DNA of 64,000 bases from an uncultured Patescibacteria group bacterium. GTDB taxonomy: Bacteria > Patescibacteriota > Patescibacteriia > Veblenbacterales > UBA10138. Shown here in pieces: positions 39,341-53,310 of this stretch. The notes below the pieces were generated by a model. It was not told where the DNA came from, searched no databases, and saw only the letters and a program-made list of their open reading frames with translations. The stretch lies in NCBI GenBank assembly GCA_937929825.1, contig CALFUV010000004.1, positions 1,042 through 65,041 on the forward strand, given 5' to 3'. Positions within the stretch are counted from its first letter, which is position 1. Each line of letters opens with the position of its first letter. The position numbers and the translations under genes are program-made.

Positions 39341-40819
39341 TTACTCTTTACAAATTTGAGATGTTACTTTTTCAAAGTGTAATCCCATAATAGCTAATTC
39401 TATGGCCACGGGAACTGCTTTTATTTTTGTAAAGAAAGTTTTTATCAATAACCACCAATAAAGCCAACGCTTTTGAGAAATTACGCCTATATACCAAGAA
39501 CTCTTAATCACAGCTATAATTTCGCTGGTCTTAATCCGATTTTTAACTGTCGGCTGATAATTTTTTATAAAAGTCCAGATGCGCTGATAATAATTCTTGG
39601 CAGAATAAATGGTGTCTAAAATCATCTTATAGCCGGCAATAAGCTGTTCTTTGTCCATCTGGGGTTTAAAATTCAGCTTGGCGCTAGTATTATTGCCGCT
39701 TGAATCTTCAAGCAATCTTCCTTCATTTTTAAGCCTATTCCATAAATCAGTGCCCGGAACAGCCTGAAGCAAACCAACCATGGCATTTACTATGCCCGTA
39801 CTTTGAATATAATTGATAAGTTGATCAAAGACTGAAGGCGGATCATTATCCAAACCCACAATAAATCCGCCAAAAACCTGCATGCCATGACTTTGAACTT
39901 TTTTTACTACTGCCACTAAATCCCTTTTAGCATTTTGATCTTTATGACAGCCCAACAAGCTCTCTTTATTTACAGTTTCAATTCCCAAAAAAACTTTGGA
40001 AAAATTAGCCTGCTGCATTAGCAATATAAGATCATCATCATCAGCCAAATCAACACTAGCCTCAGTGGTTAACTGGAACGGATAATTACGCTGACGTTGC
40101 CAGATTATAAATTCCTTAAGAAATTTTTTGACATGCAATTTATTGCCGATGAAATTATCATCTACTAAGAAAATCGTGCCGCGATAACCGCGTATATAAA
40201 GAGAATTGAATTCAGCTATCATCTGCTCTGTTTTTTTAACTCTGGGCACACGCCCAAACATACCAGTAATATCGCAAAAATCGCAATTCCACGGACAGCC
40301 ACGGGAATACTGCAATAACATAAAAGCATAATCGCGAAAATCAATTAACTCCCACATCGGCAGAGGCGTTTTTGTTAACGCCGGCTTTTCTATTGAACTG
40401 TATTCTGGTTGCGGAGTACCAGCAGCAAGATCTGCTAAAAAAGGCGCCAGAGTAACCTCAGCCTCACCTTTAATAAAATGATCCACATTGGTAAATAAGT
40501 GTGACATATTATTAAATACTGGTCCCCCAGCTACCACTTTTTTGCCAGCTGCTTTAGAGCGATTTATAACTTCCTGAGCGCTTTTACTTTGCACCAGCAT
40601 GGCGCTAACAAAAACCATATCAGCCCAAGCAATCTGCTCATCAAGCAATGGCCTAACATTTAAATCAACCAACTGTTTACTCCATTCCTTAGGCAAAATT
40701 GACGCTACTGTCAAAAGACCCAAAGGAGGCATACTAGCCTTACGGCCAATGAATTTTAGGGCAGTTTTAAATGCCCAAAACGCGTCCGGGTATTCCGGAT
40801 AAACCATTAATACTTTCAT
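39341..40819 (-). CDS. B12-binding-domain radical SAM enzyme (with C-terminal DUF4070-like region)
   Basis: N-terminal cobalamin-binding-like region. CxxxCxxC radical SAM cluster motif in YSRGCPWNCDFCD. Terminator hairpin after the stop at about 39307-39340. Confidence 0.8.
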   Translation of the reverse strand: MKVLMVYPEYPDAFWAFKTALKFIGRKASMPPLGLLTVASILPKEWSKQLVDLNVRPLLDEQIAWADMVFVSAMLVQSKSAQEVINRSKAAGKKVVAGGPVFNNMSHLFTNVDHFIKGEAEVTLAPFLADLAAGTPQPEYSSIEKPALTKTPLPMWELIDFRDYAFMLLQYSRGCPWNCDFCDITGMFGRVPRVKKTEQMIAEFNSLYIRGYRGTIFLVDDNFIGNKLHVKKFLKEFIIWQRQRNYPFQLTTEASVDLADDDDLILLMQQANFSKVFLGIETVNKESLLGCHKDQNAKRDLVAVVKKVQSHGMQVFGGFIVGLDNDPPSVFDQLINYIQSTGIVNAMVGLLQAVPGTDLWNRLKNEGRLLEDSSGNNTSAKLNFKPQMDKEQLIAGYKMILDTIYSAKNYYQRIWTFIKNYQPTVKNRIKTSEIIAVIKSSWYIGVISQKRWLYWWLLIKTFFTKIKAVPVAIELAIMGLHFEKVTSQICKE

Positions 40820-41269
40820 TTTTTCTCCTATTATTTATTTTTTAAAGAATTATTTTATTTACTTTTAATAATTCTGATTATATACCAACTCTATAATAAC
40901 CACCAAAATTATTTCATGGCACCTGATTTTATAGAGCAGAAAATAAATTGTTTTGGTTATGTTATAAAATATCCAAAAACAAACTCACAACCAAAAAATA
41001 AAACTTCAAAAATCAAATAAAGTCTAATAAAAATTATCCTTATACTCTGTCTCCCTAAAATACAAAAAAGTAATCTCTTAAGTGCTCTTTACTTATTTTT
41101 TAAATTATGTTATAATATATAAACATAATTTTAATAATTTAATAAGCAAATAGCTGTTGTTTAAATTTAAATCACTTATAAACCACTTAAAACCTTCTTT
41201 TTTTAAAATAAACCAAATATACTATACTTTTACTTTTATAAATTATCTTTTTTAACTTGCTATATATTT

Positions 41270-44053
41270 ATGATGGAGAAGCCTCAAATACCAAGATTTC
41301 AAGAAAGAAAAGAAAAAAGAGAGGAATTAAAAGAATTCCTGCCTGCTGATCTCCAGCTTATTTACGGGACAGATGTAAAGCCCTCAAAATGGCATTTTGG
41401 GGGTGAGTTGCTAAAAAGAAGGCAGTCTGAAGAAACAGCTGATAAGCTATTTTTTAAAGCTCTTGATGAGTATAACAATAACAAAACAATAGAAACCAAC
41501 CTTTTTTCTGAAGTGTTAAAAGACAAACAAGAAACAGCCCAGTTGATGATTTATGATTGCCAACTGCAAACTGGTTTAAAAGAATTAGCAGATAATCATG
41601 AGTGGGACGACTACGCCTATCTTTTGATTAAAATGTCTGACCTGGGGAAGGTGAATTTTAATAATCCTCAATACAAAAGAATAAATGAATATATCAAAGG
41701 CCAGCCTGAAGAAGATGGCGCTTTTCTTTTGTACAACATTTCTGCCAACCTTGTTTTAGACAAAGATCTTTTAAAATATCAAAAAGACCAGTATCATCCC
41801 TGGCAGGCTTTGCGGCAAACCAGCCTAGAAATAAACAAAGAGCAAACAGAAAACAAACAGGTGAAAAATCCGGAAAAGTGGTGGCAGGAAAACAGCTATT
41901 TCTTGGGCCGTTTTCTGGCGCTTGGCAATTTAGCCATAGCCCTTGTTAAGGAAAAGTTGCCAGATGGCATTCCTTATCTTGAAGGAATGAAAAGAGTATA
42001 CAAGGAAGCTATAGAAAACAACCAGTCTTTGGCGCTTATTTACAAAACCATTGCTGACAATAAATTAAGCTATCCTCATGAACTGGGGACTTTTGTTGAA
42101 ATCACCAGCGCTTTCACAAAAGCCAATAAACTGGATATTTTAGCCCAAGTGGTGGAAACAACAGAAGCCGGCAAAATAAATGAAACTGCCTCCCGCGAAC
42201 TTTTAAAAATCACTGTTCAGGAGCTGGGCATTTCTCCGGAAAAGATAGCAGACTCAGACCTTAAAAAATGGAAAGCGGACTATCTCCCCAACCTTATTTC
42301 CAACGACGTGATAATGCAGGGGTTAATAAAAGATGGAGATAAGGGCTATGAAAACGCCCGGGAGCTATACCGCGAACTTTTAAAGTCTGTGTTTGAAGGC
42401 AGGTTTGATGATTTCCTAACCAATGAACATCAAGCCGGCGAAGTGGGCCGAGATGTTGCCCGCCACAACGCCCAAATCAAACAAACATATGAAAAACTGG
42501 GCATTCCTTGGGATAAATGGCTTAATTATGATAAAACCCAAGATTTTATTGTTTCCACAGAAATTAAGGTTAATGCCCGAGAAAGAAACCAAAAGCTTTT
42601 GGCTGAAAGAGCCGGAGCGGTTTTGAGGGCTCTAAAACCGCTTGAGGCTAAACTGACTGAAAGAGAATACCAGCCTCTTATTCATATTCTTTCCGGAACA
42701 AACAAGAAAAAGGATTTAAGTCAGGTTAAGGGCGAGGAACTTAAAACTTTGCTGGCAAATTTGGAAGAACGCCTGCAAAACCTTTGCTCTAAACAAGAAT
42801 ACCAGGATTGGGCTGAATGGAACCATATCTTTGAACACATGGGACATTTGCGAGAAGCAGTGGAAACGGTTTTGAAAACAGGAGAAAGCCTAAGCGAAAC
42901 AAGAGAAAAAGGTTTTCGCATCAAACTTTGGGATCGTGATCCGCGCAAGGATTTCTTCCAAGGCAACTATACTCACTGCTGTATTGCTGTGGGGGTTAAA
43001 AACACCCCGCCTGAGGGGGGTCTGACTACTCATGACCCAAGCACAATCATGCATTATCTGGCTGATCAGGGTATTCAGGTGGCAGAAATTCTTGACGAGA
43101 ATGAAAGAGATCCCATTGGCAATACCTGGCTTTTTGTTTCCCAAAACGAACTGGGAGAACCGATTTTAATCGCTGATAATGTTGAAATTAACAAAAGATA
43201 TAAAGATGTTCACGTCAATAACGCTATTCGCGACAATCTTCTGAAGTTTCTTGAAAATTACGCCAGGGAAACCAATATGGCTGGGGCTTATCTTGGCAAA
43301 GTGTCAACTAACGATATTGATGACGATAACCTGGGAACTAAAAAACTGCCGCCAGTGGACAAAGTGGGCGGGTATCTGGCTGAATACACTTCACATAGAA
43401 TCAGGCCGGGACGTTATTATTTGGAAACCTATAATCACCAAGAGTTGGCGGTTATCTGGGATGGCCAAGAAAACAGGCATCTTCAAAAAGAAAAAAGCGA
43501 GAAGAATAAAAACGGCTTTGTGATTATCTCTGATTTGGATGGCCTAACCAGAGCTGAACCCCTTACCCCAGAAACAATCCGCGCCGCCCAGCAAAGCGGC
43601 AGAATAGCCGGGCTGGATATATCTCAAATCAGACAATCAATAGAAGAGATTGAAAACAAATCGTTTGAAGGCGCTGCCCGCCAGTCTACAGACGAGATTT
43701 GGGAAACAATTCAAAATCCCAGAGGCCTTCAAATGATAGTCAGGAAAGAAGGCCGGATTGTGGGATACCTCTCTTCCCGACCAGCTGATACTTTCCTGCC
43801 CCCGGTCAGCCATGCTGAATACGACTCCTCACCTGAGGTTCTTTATATTGAATCCATTGCCGGCAACTTTGACCCATTTGAAACAATCAGGATTATTAAG
43901 GAAAAAGCCCAAGAAGCCGGTTACAAGAAAATAGCCCTTCACGGCATAAACCAGCAGTTAAACAAAGCTCTGGCCAGATTTGGTTTTAAAACCAAAGCAA
44001 CAGTTAAAAACTGGCTTGGCGCTACAGCAGCCTATATGGAAATGGAGTTGTAG
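41270..44053 (+). CDS. Large orphan protein (927 aa). The N-terminal ~560 aa are of unknown, mostly helical nature; the central region has an HCC motif; the C-terminus is a GNAT-like acyltransferase fold
   Basis: Long intact ORF. The C-terminus LYIESIAGNFDPFETIRIIKEKAQEAGYKKIALHGINQQLNKALARFGFKT fits the GNAT motif A/B pattern. Central conserved-looking segment WDRDPRKDFFQGNYTHCCIAVG. Its codon usage is visibly richer in GCC/GGC/CTG/CCC than that of neighbouring genes. No TM segment or signal peptide. No obvious SD upstream. Confidence 0.5.
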   Translation: MMEKPQIPRFQERKEKREELKEFLPADLQLIYGTDVKPSKWHFGGELLKRRQSEETADKLFFKALDEYNNNKTIETNLFSEVLKDKQETAQLMIYDCQLQTGLKELADNHEWDDYAYLLIKMSDLGKVNFNNPQYKRINEYIKGQPEEDGAFLLYNISANLVLDKDLLKYQKDQYHPWQALRQTSLEINKEQTENKQVKNPEKWWQENSYFLGRFLALGNLAIALVKEKLPDGIPYLEGMKRVYKEAIENNQSLALIYKTIADNKLSYPHELGTFVEITSAFTKANKLDILAQVVETTEAGKINETASRELLKITVQELGISPEKIADSDLKKWKADYLPNLISNDVIMQGLIKDGDKGYENARELYRELLKSVFEGRFDDFLTNEHQAGEVGRDVARHNAQIKQTYEKLGIPWDKWLNYDKTQDFIVSTEIKVNARERNQKLLAERAGAVLRALKPLEAKLTEREYQPLIHILSGTNKKKDLSQVKGEELKTLLANLEERLQNLCSKQEYQDWAEWNHIFEHMGHLREAVETVLKTGESLSETREKGFRIKLWDRDPRKDFFQGNYTHCCIAVGVKNTPPEGGLTTHDPSTIMHYLADQGIQVAEILDENERDPIGNTWLFVSQNELGEPILIADNVEINKRYKDVHVNNAIRDNLLKFLENYARETNMAGAYLGKVSTNDIDDDNLGTKKLPPVDKVGGYLAEYTSHRIRPGRYYLETYNHQELAVIWDGQENRHLQKEKSEKNKNGFVIISDLDGLTRAEPLTPETIRAAQQSGRIAGLDISQIRQSIEEIENKSFEGAARQSTDEIWETIQNPRGLQMIVRKEGRIVGYLSSRPADTFLPPVSHAEYDSSPEVLYIESIAGNFDPFETIRIIKEKAQEAGYKKIALHGINQQLNKALARFGFKTKATVKNWLGATAAYMEMEL

Positions 44054-44084
44054 ATAAGACAACCGCGCTTGTTTAAAATAAACT

Positions 44085-48396
<4,312 letters not shown>

Positions 48397-48399
48397 AAA

Positions 48400-49422
48400 C
48401 TAAAACTGTTCCAAAAATCTTAAATCACCAGACAACAACAATCTAATATCATCAATTTTATATCGCATCATAACAAGCCGCGATAAACCAAGACCAAAAG
48501 CAAAGCCGCTGTATTCTTTTGGATTAAGACCACCAAATTCCAATACGCGAGGATGAACTAATCCACAACCAATAAGCTCGATCCAACCGCTTTGTTTACA
48601 AGACCGACATCCTAAACCATTACAAACCAAACACTTCATATCTAATTCAAAACCCGGCTCCACAAACGGAAAATATCCCGGCCTTAAACGCACCTCCACT
48701 TCACGCTGAAAAATACCAGAAAGAAAAACTTTCATGGTCCCAATTAAATTAGCTATGGATATATCTTTATCAACTACCAAGCCTTCCAGCTGCCAAAAAG
48801 TATGATCATGTGAAGCGTCGGTAGCTTCATAACGAAACACCCGCCCAGGCACCACTGCCCGTAAAGGTGCGCCATATTTCTCCAACGCTCTCACTTGCAT
48901 AGCTGAGGTGTGAGTACGTAATAACCAGCGGTTATCTGGTTTACCTCCCTTAATATAAAAAGTATCTTGCATATCACGTGCTGGATGCCAAATTGGAATA
49001 TTCAAACTTTCAAAATTATAATACTCACTTTCCAACTCAGGACCGTCTAATACCATAAAACCCATCGAACGAAACAAGTCTTCTAATTCTCTCTGTACCC
49101 TCATTAACGGATGCAAGTGACCGATTGGCGGTTTAATACCCGGTAAAGTAAAATCAATTCCTTGTGATTTTCTATCACCAATAGTTTTAGATACTCTCAA
49201 AAAAGCGATTTCTAACTCACGCTTAACTTGATTAACTAATTTACCCAACTGCGGCCTTTCTTCCTTTGCTACTTGTTTTAATAAAGCCATAATAGAGGCC
49301 AATTCGCCCTTACGACCAAGATATTTGATTCGTAATGCCATTAAACTGTCTTGATCTTTTATTTGTTTCAAGTCAGTTAATGCTTTACCGCGAAGTTTGT
49401 CTAATTCTTGGTGTAAAGACAT
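48400..49422 (-). CDS. pheS: Phenylalanyl-tRNA synthetase alpha subunit
   Basis: Class II motifs (FRYEATDASHDHTFWQLEGL, GFAFGLGLSRL). Confidence 0.9.
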   Translation of the reverse strand: MSLHQELDKLRGKALTDLKQIKDQDSLMALRIKYLGRKGELASIMALLKQVAKEERPQLGKLVNQVKRELEIAFLRVSKTIGDRKSQGIDFTLPGIKPPIGHLHPLMRVQRELEDLFRSMGFMVLDGPELESEYYNFESLNIPIWHPARDMQDTFYIKGGKPDNRWLLRTHTSAMQVRALEKYGAPLRAVVPGRVFRYEATDASHDHTFWQLEGLVVDKDISIANLIGTMKVFLSGIFQREVEVRLRPGYFPFVEPGFELDMKCLVCNGLGCRSCKQSGWIELIGCGLVHPRVLEFGGLNPKEYSGFAFGLGLSRLVMMRYKIDDIRLLLSGDLRFLEQF

Positions 49423-49425
49423 AAA

Positions 49426-49815
49426 TTAAACAGCCGGTGGTATTCGCCTAACGGATAACCAAAAAAATTCCAACAAAGTAAGTCCAACTACCAATAAAGA
49501 AAGATTCCACCATGTCAATAAATTATTAGCCTGCAGCCACAAAGAAATAACAACCGCTAAAGACAATAATATTCCTTGACGAAAAGATATAGAAACATGG
49601 CGAAAAAGAATATCATCGCGATGTCGCCAGTACCTCCAACCAAATCCCAATAAAGTAATAGTTCCAGCTAAACTAAGGAATAAGGAAGCATAAAAGAAAA
49701 TAAGTCCTGTTTGGCCTGTTGTTTCAGGATTTAAATATGTTAATACCAAAAAAAATCCCAACCAAGCTATTAAGGTACCAATAGCAAACCAGACAAGATA
49801 TTGTCGAAGTGTCAT
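49426..49815 (-). CDS. Hypothetical small membrane protein (about 4 TM)
   Basis: Hydrophobic segments only. No recognised family. Confidence 0.4.
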   Translation of the reverse strand: MTLRQYLVWFAIGTLIAWLGFFLVLTYLNPETTGQTGLIFFYASLFLSLAGTITLLGFGWRYWRHRDDILFRHVSISFRQGILLSLAVVISLWLQANNLLTWWNLSLLVVGLTLLEFFWLSVRRIPPAV

Positions 49816-49931
49816 AATTTGGCTAAAACAAAAGAAAAAATAACAAGTTTAATACCTTTTTATTTTAGCAAATTTTACTATAAAAGACAAGCTATAAAAT
49901 GTTTTCATTAAACTTTTAAAAATCGCTTAAG

Positions 49932-50222
49932 TTAGCCAAAAATTTCCAATCTATAATTTCCTTTTGGTAAACGAGTTTCAAGTTCCTGCAAAATTTCCAG
50001 TTGTCTTAGTCTTAACTCAGATGCTAATTGCGGGGAACCAGCACTAACCCGTAAAATATTATCACGCCAAGATACTTGCCTTAATGTTTGATAAGCTTTC
50101 GTCCCCAAACGTTCTTTAATAATATCCCGAAAAATTTGAGTTACTTGAGCGGCTTCTACTGCCTGTTGTATACCTTTTTGTTGTAAACTTTGCTTGAGTA
50201 TTGATCTTAATTCATGAAACAT
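49932..50222 (-). CDS. DUF721 (DciA-like) small protein
   Basis: QVSWRDNILRVSAGSPQLASELRLRQLEILQELETRL matches the DUF721 pattern (W..ivG...L.v.v.s..w..EL). The stop of the upstream helicase-nuclease gene abuts its start. Confidence 0.5.
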   Translation of the reverse strand: MFHELRSILKQSLQQKGIQQAVEAAQVTQIFRDIIKERLGTKAYQTLRQVSWRDNILRVSAGSPQLASELRLRQLEILQELETRLPKGNYRLEIFG

Positions 50223-50223
50223 A

Positions 50224-53200
50224 TTATTTCAAACCTAACTGACGATAACGACAATCATGTTTAGGAGCTTCTTCGTCAGCCAATAAAAACGAATCGTTAA
50301 TCGCTGCTTGTACAATATTTTCTATTATTGACAGATACTCAATCTTAAGTTGTTCTTTCTCCTGACTATTTGCCAAAAAATCAGGTGAAAATTTATTCGG
50401 TTGTAAATACCAATAACGAGCTCCTTTAACTTTCTCATGAAAAAATTCCTCAGCCGCTAATTGATAAATAATAAGCTGATCGCGATCAACTTTAGCTAAA
50501 CCTTTAGCCGGTTCGCTGCCTGTTTTGTAATCAATTATAAAAACCCCGTCCGTACTTTCATCTATTCGATCAACTTTGCCGACAAACTTATACCGGCCAA
50601 AAGCAATCTTAAAAAATGCCTCCAAATATTTGGGTCGTGGCGGATGAGCTATTATTTCTTCAAAAAAATTATGCAATTGTTCTGGCCCCCGCTTTTCTTT
50701 ATACTCCTTTTTTTGTTCGACTGACTCATACCAATCATCAATCCACACTTGATTAAATATTTTTTGTAAATCTGATAAAGATGGTGGCTGGCCAACTGAT
50801 CCACGACTGCTAAATAATTCTCCCTGCACAATATTAATCTGCTGTTGCCAACGTCGTAAATACAACTCCAAGGTTTTGTGTATAGTGGAACCAAAACTCA
50901 AACTAGCAGAGCCAGGTTCTGGTAATTTAAGTAAATAACGATACTTATATTCCAACGGACATTTCTTAAAAGCTGAAACTGAACTAAAAGAAAAACTATC
51001 AGGTGGTTTATACCCGGCGCGAAAAGCTGTAGGCACATAAAATGACCGTAAAATCTTGGTTGATGAACTTTTAATATCTTCTTCTCCTACTAAACCAAGT
51101 TCAAATAAAAAACGTGAAGGTTTTTTGGTTGTTTTACCGTAATAATCCATAGCCCGGGTTAAAAAAACACCGTCACAGGCTCGAGTTAAAGCAACGTAAA
51201 AAAGCCGCCTTTCTTCCTGCAAATGAACATCACCTTCTGGCAGAGTTTCCTTAATTAGTTCACGCGGTAATTCTATAGCTTCTCTACGCTCTAATGACGG
51301 AAATCTTTTATCTACTAACTGAACTATAAAAACATAAGTCCACTCTAATCCCTTAGCCGAATGAATGGTGACAACTTTAATTGTCTCTGGGCCTACTTCA
51401 GTTTCTGGTGGTAATTCTCCTTCTTCTCCTGATTCCAATTCCAAAGCTAAATAACGCATAAAACCGGCTAAAGTACGATCACCTGTATCTGCTTCATAAC
51501 GTTGCAAGTGTTGATAAAAAGCTGTTAAAAATTCCGCCTCGCGTGAAGCAGCTGGGTGCTGCAAGCGTTCATTAATAGCTAAATCTTCCACCACCATCAC
51601 ATAAAGCTCACTCATACTCCGCTGACGGGCCGTTAAAGTATGTTTATCCACTAAATGCAGAAATTTGTCTATTTTAACCAAACTATCCCGACTTAAATCA
51701 AAAGAAGATGCTCTTTTTAATGCTTCGTATAGTGAAATGGTATTTTTATTAGCGTTAAAAGATAATTTAGCTAAATCTTCCTGCGCTAAAAAAAATGGCT
51801 CATGAGATAAAACATGATAAAGAGCGGCGGATTCGTGATAATTATCTAGTAGTTTAAAATAATTAACCAAGAAAACTATAATATCTTCCTGATACAGACC
51901 TCGGTTAGCCACATAAGTATGCGGCAGACGAGCCTGGCGTAAGGCTTGCAAAAAAGGTACGGCTTGAGAATTAGCTCTGACTAAAATAGCAAAATCACTC
52001 CAATCAAGTTTTTTTTCCTGTTTAAGCAACATAATTTTATCTACTACACCTCTGGCTTCAGACTGAACATCATTAAATACTAAATGATCCACTATCCCCT
52101 GCCCTGAGCGATGACTAATTAATTTTTTAGACAGTGATTTTCCTTTACTGGCCAATTTAACCTCTAAACGATAGGGGTTATTTAGTTGAATAAATTCATA
52201 AGCCGTATCCAAAATATTCTGATAACTGCGGTAGTTGACGGTTAAAAAAACTTCACGGGCGTCAGGATAATCTTTTTTAAATTCTAAAATATTGGAAATA
52301 GAAGCTCCTCTGAACTTATAAATTGACTGATCATCATCTCCAACCACAGTAATATTATTAGCTGGCCGAGCCAAAAGTTTTAACATTTCATATTGAGCGT
52401 GATTGGTGTCTTGAAATTCGTCCACTAAAATATATTTGAACTTTTGCTGAAAATATTTTAAAGCACGGGGACGGGTTTGAAAAAGTCTCAAAGTATAATT
52501 TATTAGATCGCCAAAATCAAGGGCTCCAGCCTCATGTAAAAGTTTTTGATAAACAGCGTAAGCTTCTGCCACTTCAATTAGACGTGATATTTCGCTTTCT
52601 TCTGATTGTAAATCAAATAAATCCGAGGTTTTATTTTTCTTAACTTTTCTTTTATTAATTTTATTTTTTGATTTATGTAAATACTCGCCAGCACCGCTAT
52701 CCAATCTCTTTGACTCCACAAATTTTAAATACTCTTCCGGATAAACAGCTTCGTCTTTAGCACGCGAAAAATGAGTAAGCAAAGCATGAATAAATTTAGT
52801 AGGATTACCAAGCGGTTTGTAATAATCAAGTTTAAAATTACTTAAATTATTACGCACTAGCATCCATTGCTCGGCTGTGGTTAATACACGAAAATTATTG
52901 GGTAAACCTATTTCCACAGCCCAATCCTGCAATACTTTTTCGCCAAAACTATGAAAAGTTGACACCCAAACATTAACAAAACCCATTGGCAGTAATCTAT
53001 CTACCCTCTCTTCCATTTCAACTGCAGCCTTATCAGTAAAAGTTAAGGCTAAAATCTCTTCGGGCTTAGCTAAGCCCTGATCAATAAGCCAAGCAATGCG
53101 CCGGGTAACAACTGTTGTTTTCCCGGTACCCGCACCAGCCACTATTAAAAGAGGGCCTGAGGTATGAGTAACCGCTGTTAATTGATCTTTATTTAAATCC

Positions 53201-53247
53201 TTTAATACGTTATTTTCTTTAATCAAAGCCATAATACTGTCTATCAT
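50224..53247 (-). CDS. UvrD-family helicase fused to a C-terminal PD-(D/E)XK (RecB/Cas4-like) nuclease domain (AddA/PcrA-nuclease type)
   Basis: N-terminal Walker A GAGTGKTT and UvrD motifs. C-terminal FKKCPLEYKYRYLL, IDYKTG and the terminal Cys cluster (…DCRYRQ). Confidence 0.8.
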   Translation of the reverse strand: MIDSIMALIKENNVLKDLNKDQLTAVTHTSGPLLIVAGAGTGKTTVVTRRIAWLIDQGLAKPEEILALTFTDKAAVEMEERVDRLLPMGFVNVWVSTFHSFGEKVLQDWAVEIGLPNNFRVLTTAEQWMLVRNNLSNFKLDYYKPLGNPTKFIHALLTHFSRAKDEAVYPEEYLKFVESKRLDSGAGEYLHKSKNKINKRKVKKNKTSDLFDLQSEESEISRLIEVAEAYAVYQKLLHEAGALDFGDLINYTLRLFQTRPRALKYFQQKFKYILVDEFQDTNHAQYEMLKLLARPANNITVVGDDDQSIYKFRGASISNILEFKKDYPDAREVFLTVNYRSYQNILDTAYEFIQLNNPYRLEVKLASKGKSLSKKLISHRSGQGIVDHLVFNDVQSEARGVVDKIMLLKQEKKLDWSDFAILVRANSQAVPFLQALRQARLPHTYVANRGLYQEDIIVFLVNYFKLLDNYHESAALYHVLSHEPFFLAQEDLAKLSFNANKNTISLYEALKRASSFDLSRDSLVKIDKFLHLVDKHTLTARQRSMSELYVMVVEDLAINERLQHPAASREAEFLTAFYQHLQRYEADTGDRTLAGFMRYLALELESGEEGELPPETEVGPETIKVVTIHSAKGLEWTYVFIVQLVDKRFPSLERREAIELPRELIKETLPEGDVHLQEERRLFYVALTRACDGVFLTRAMDYYGKTTKKPSRFLFELGLVGEEDIKSSSTKILRSFYVPTAFRAGYKPPDSFSFSSVSAFKKCPLEYKYRYLLKLPEPGSASLSFGSTIHKTLELYLRRWQQQINIVQGELFSSRGSVGQPPSLSDLQKIFNQVWIDDWYESVEQKKEYKEKRGPEQLHNFFEEIIAHPPRPKYLEAFFKIAFGRYKFVGKVDRIDESTDGVFIIDYKTGSEPAKGLAKVDRDQLIIYQLAAEEFFHEKVKGARYWYLQPNKFSPDFLANSQEKEQLKIEYLSIIENIVQAAINDSFLLADEEAPKHDCRYRQLGLK

Positions 53248-53310
53248 TAGTGTAGCATTTTAGAATAAATAAAAAAACGCCTGGTTTTACTGTGCCCAGA
53301 CGTTTATATA

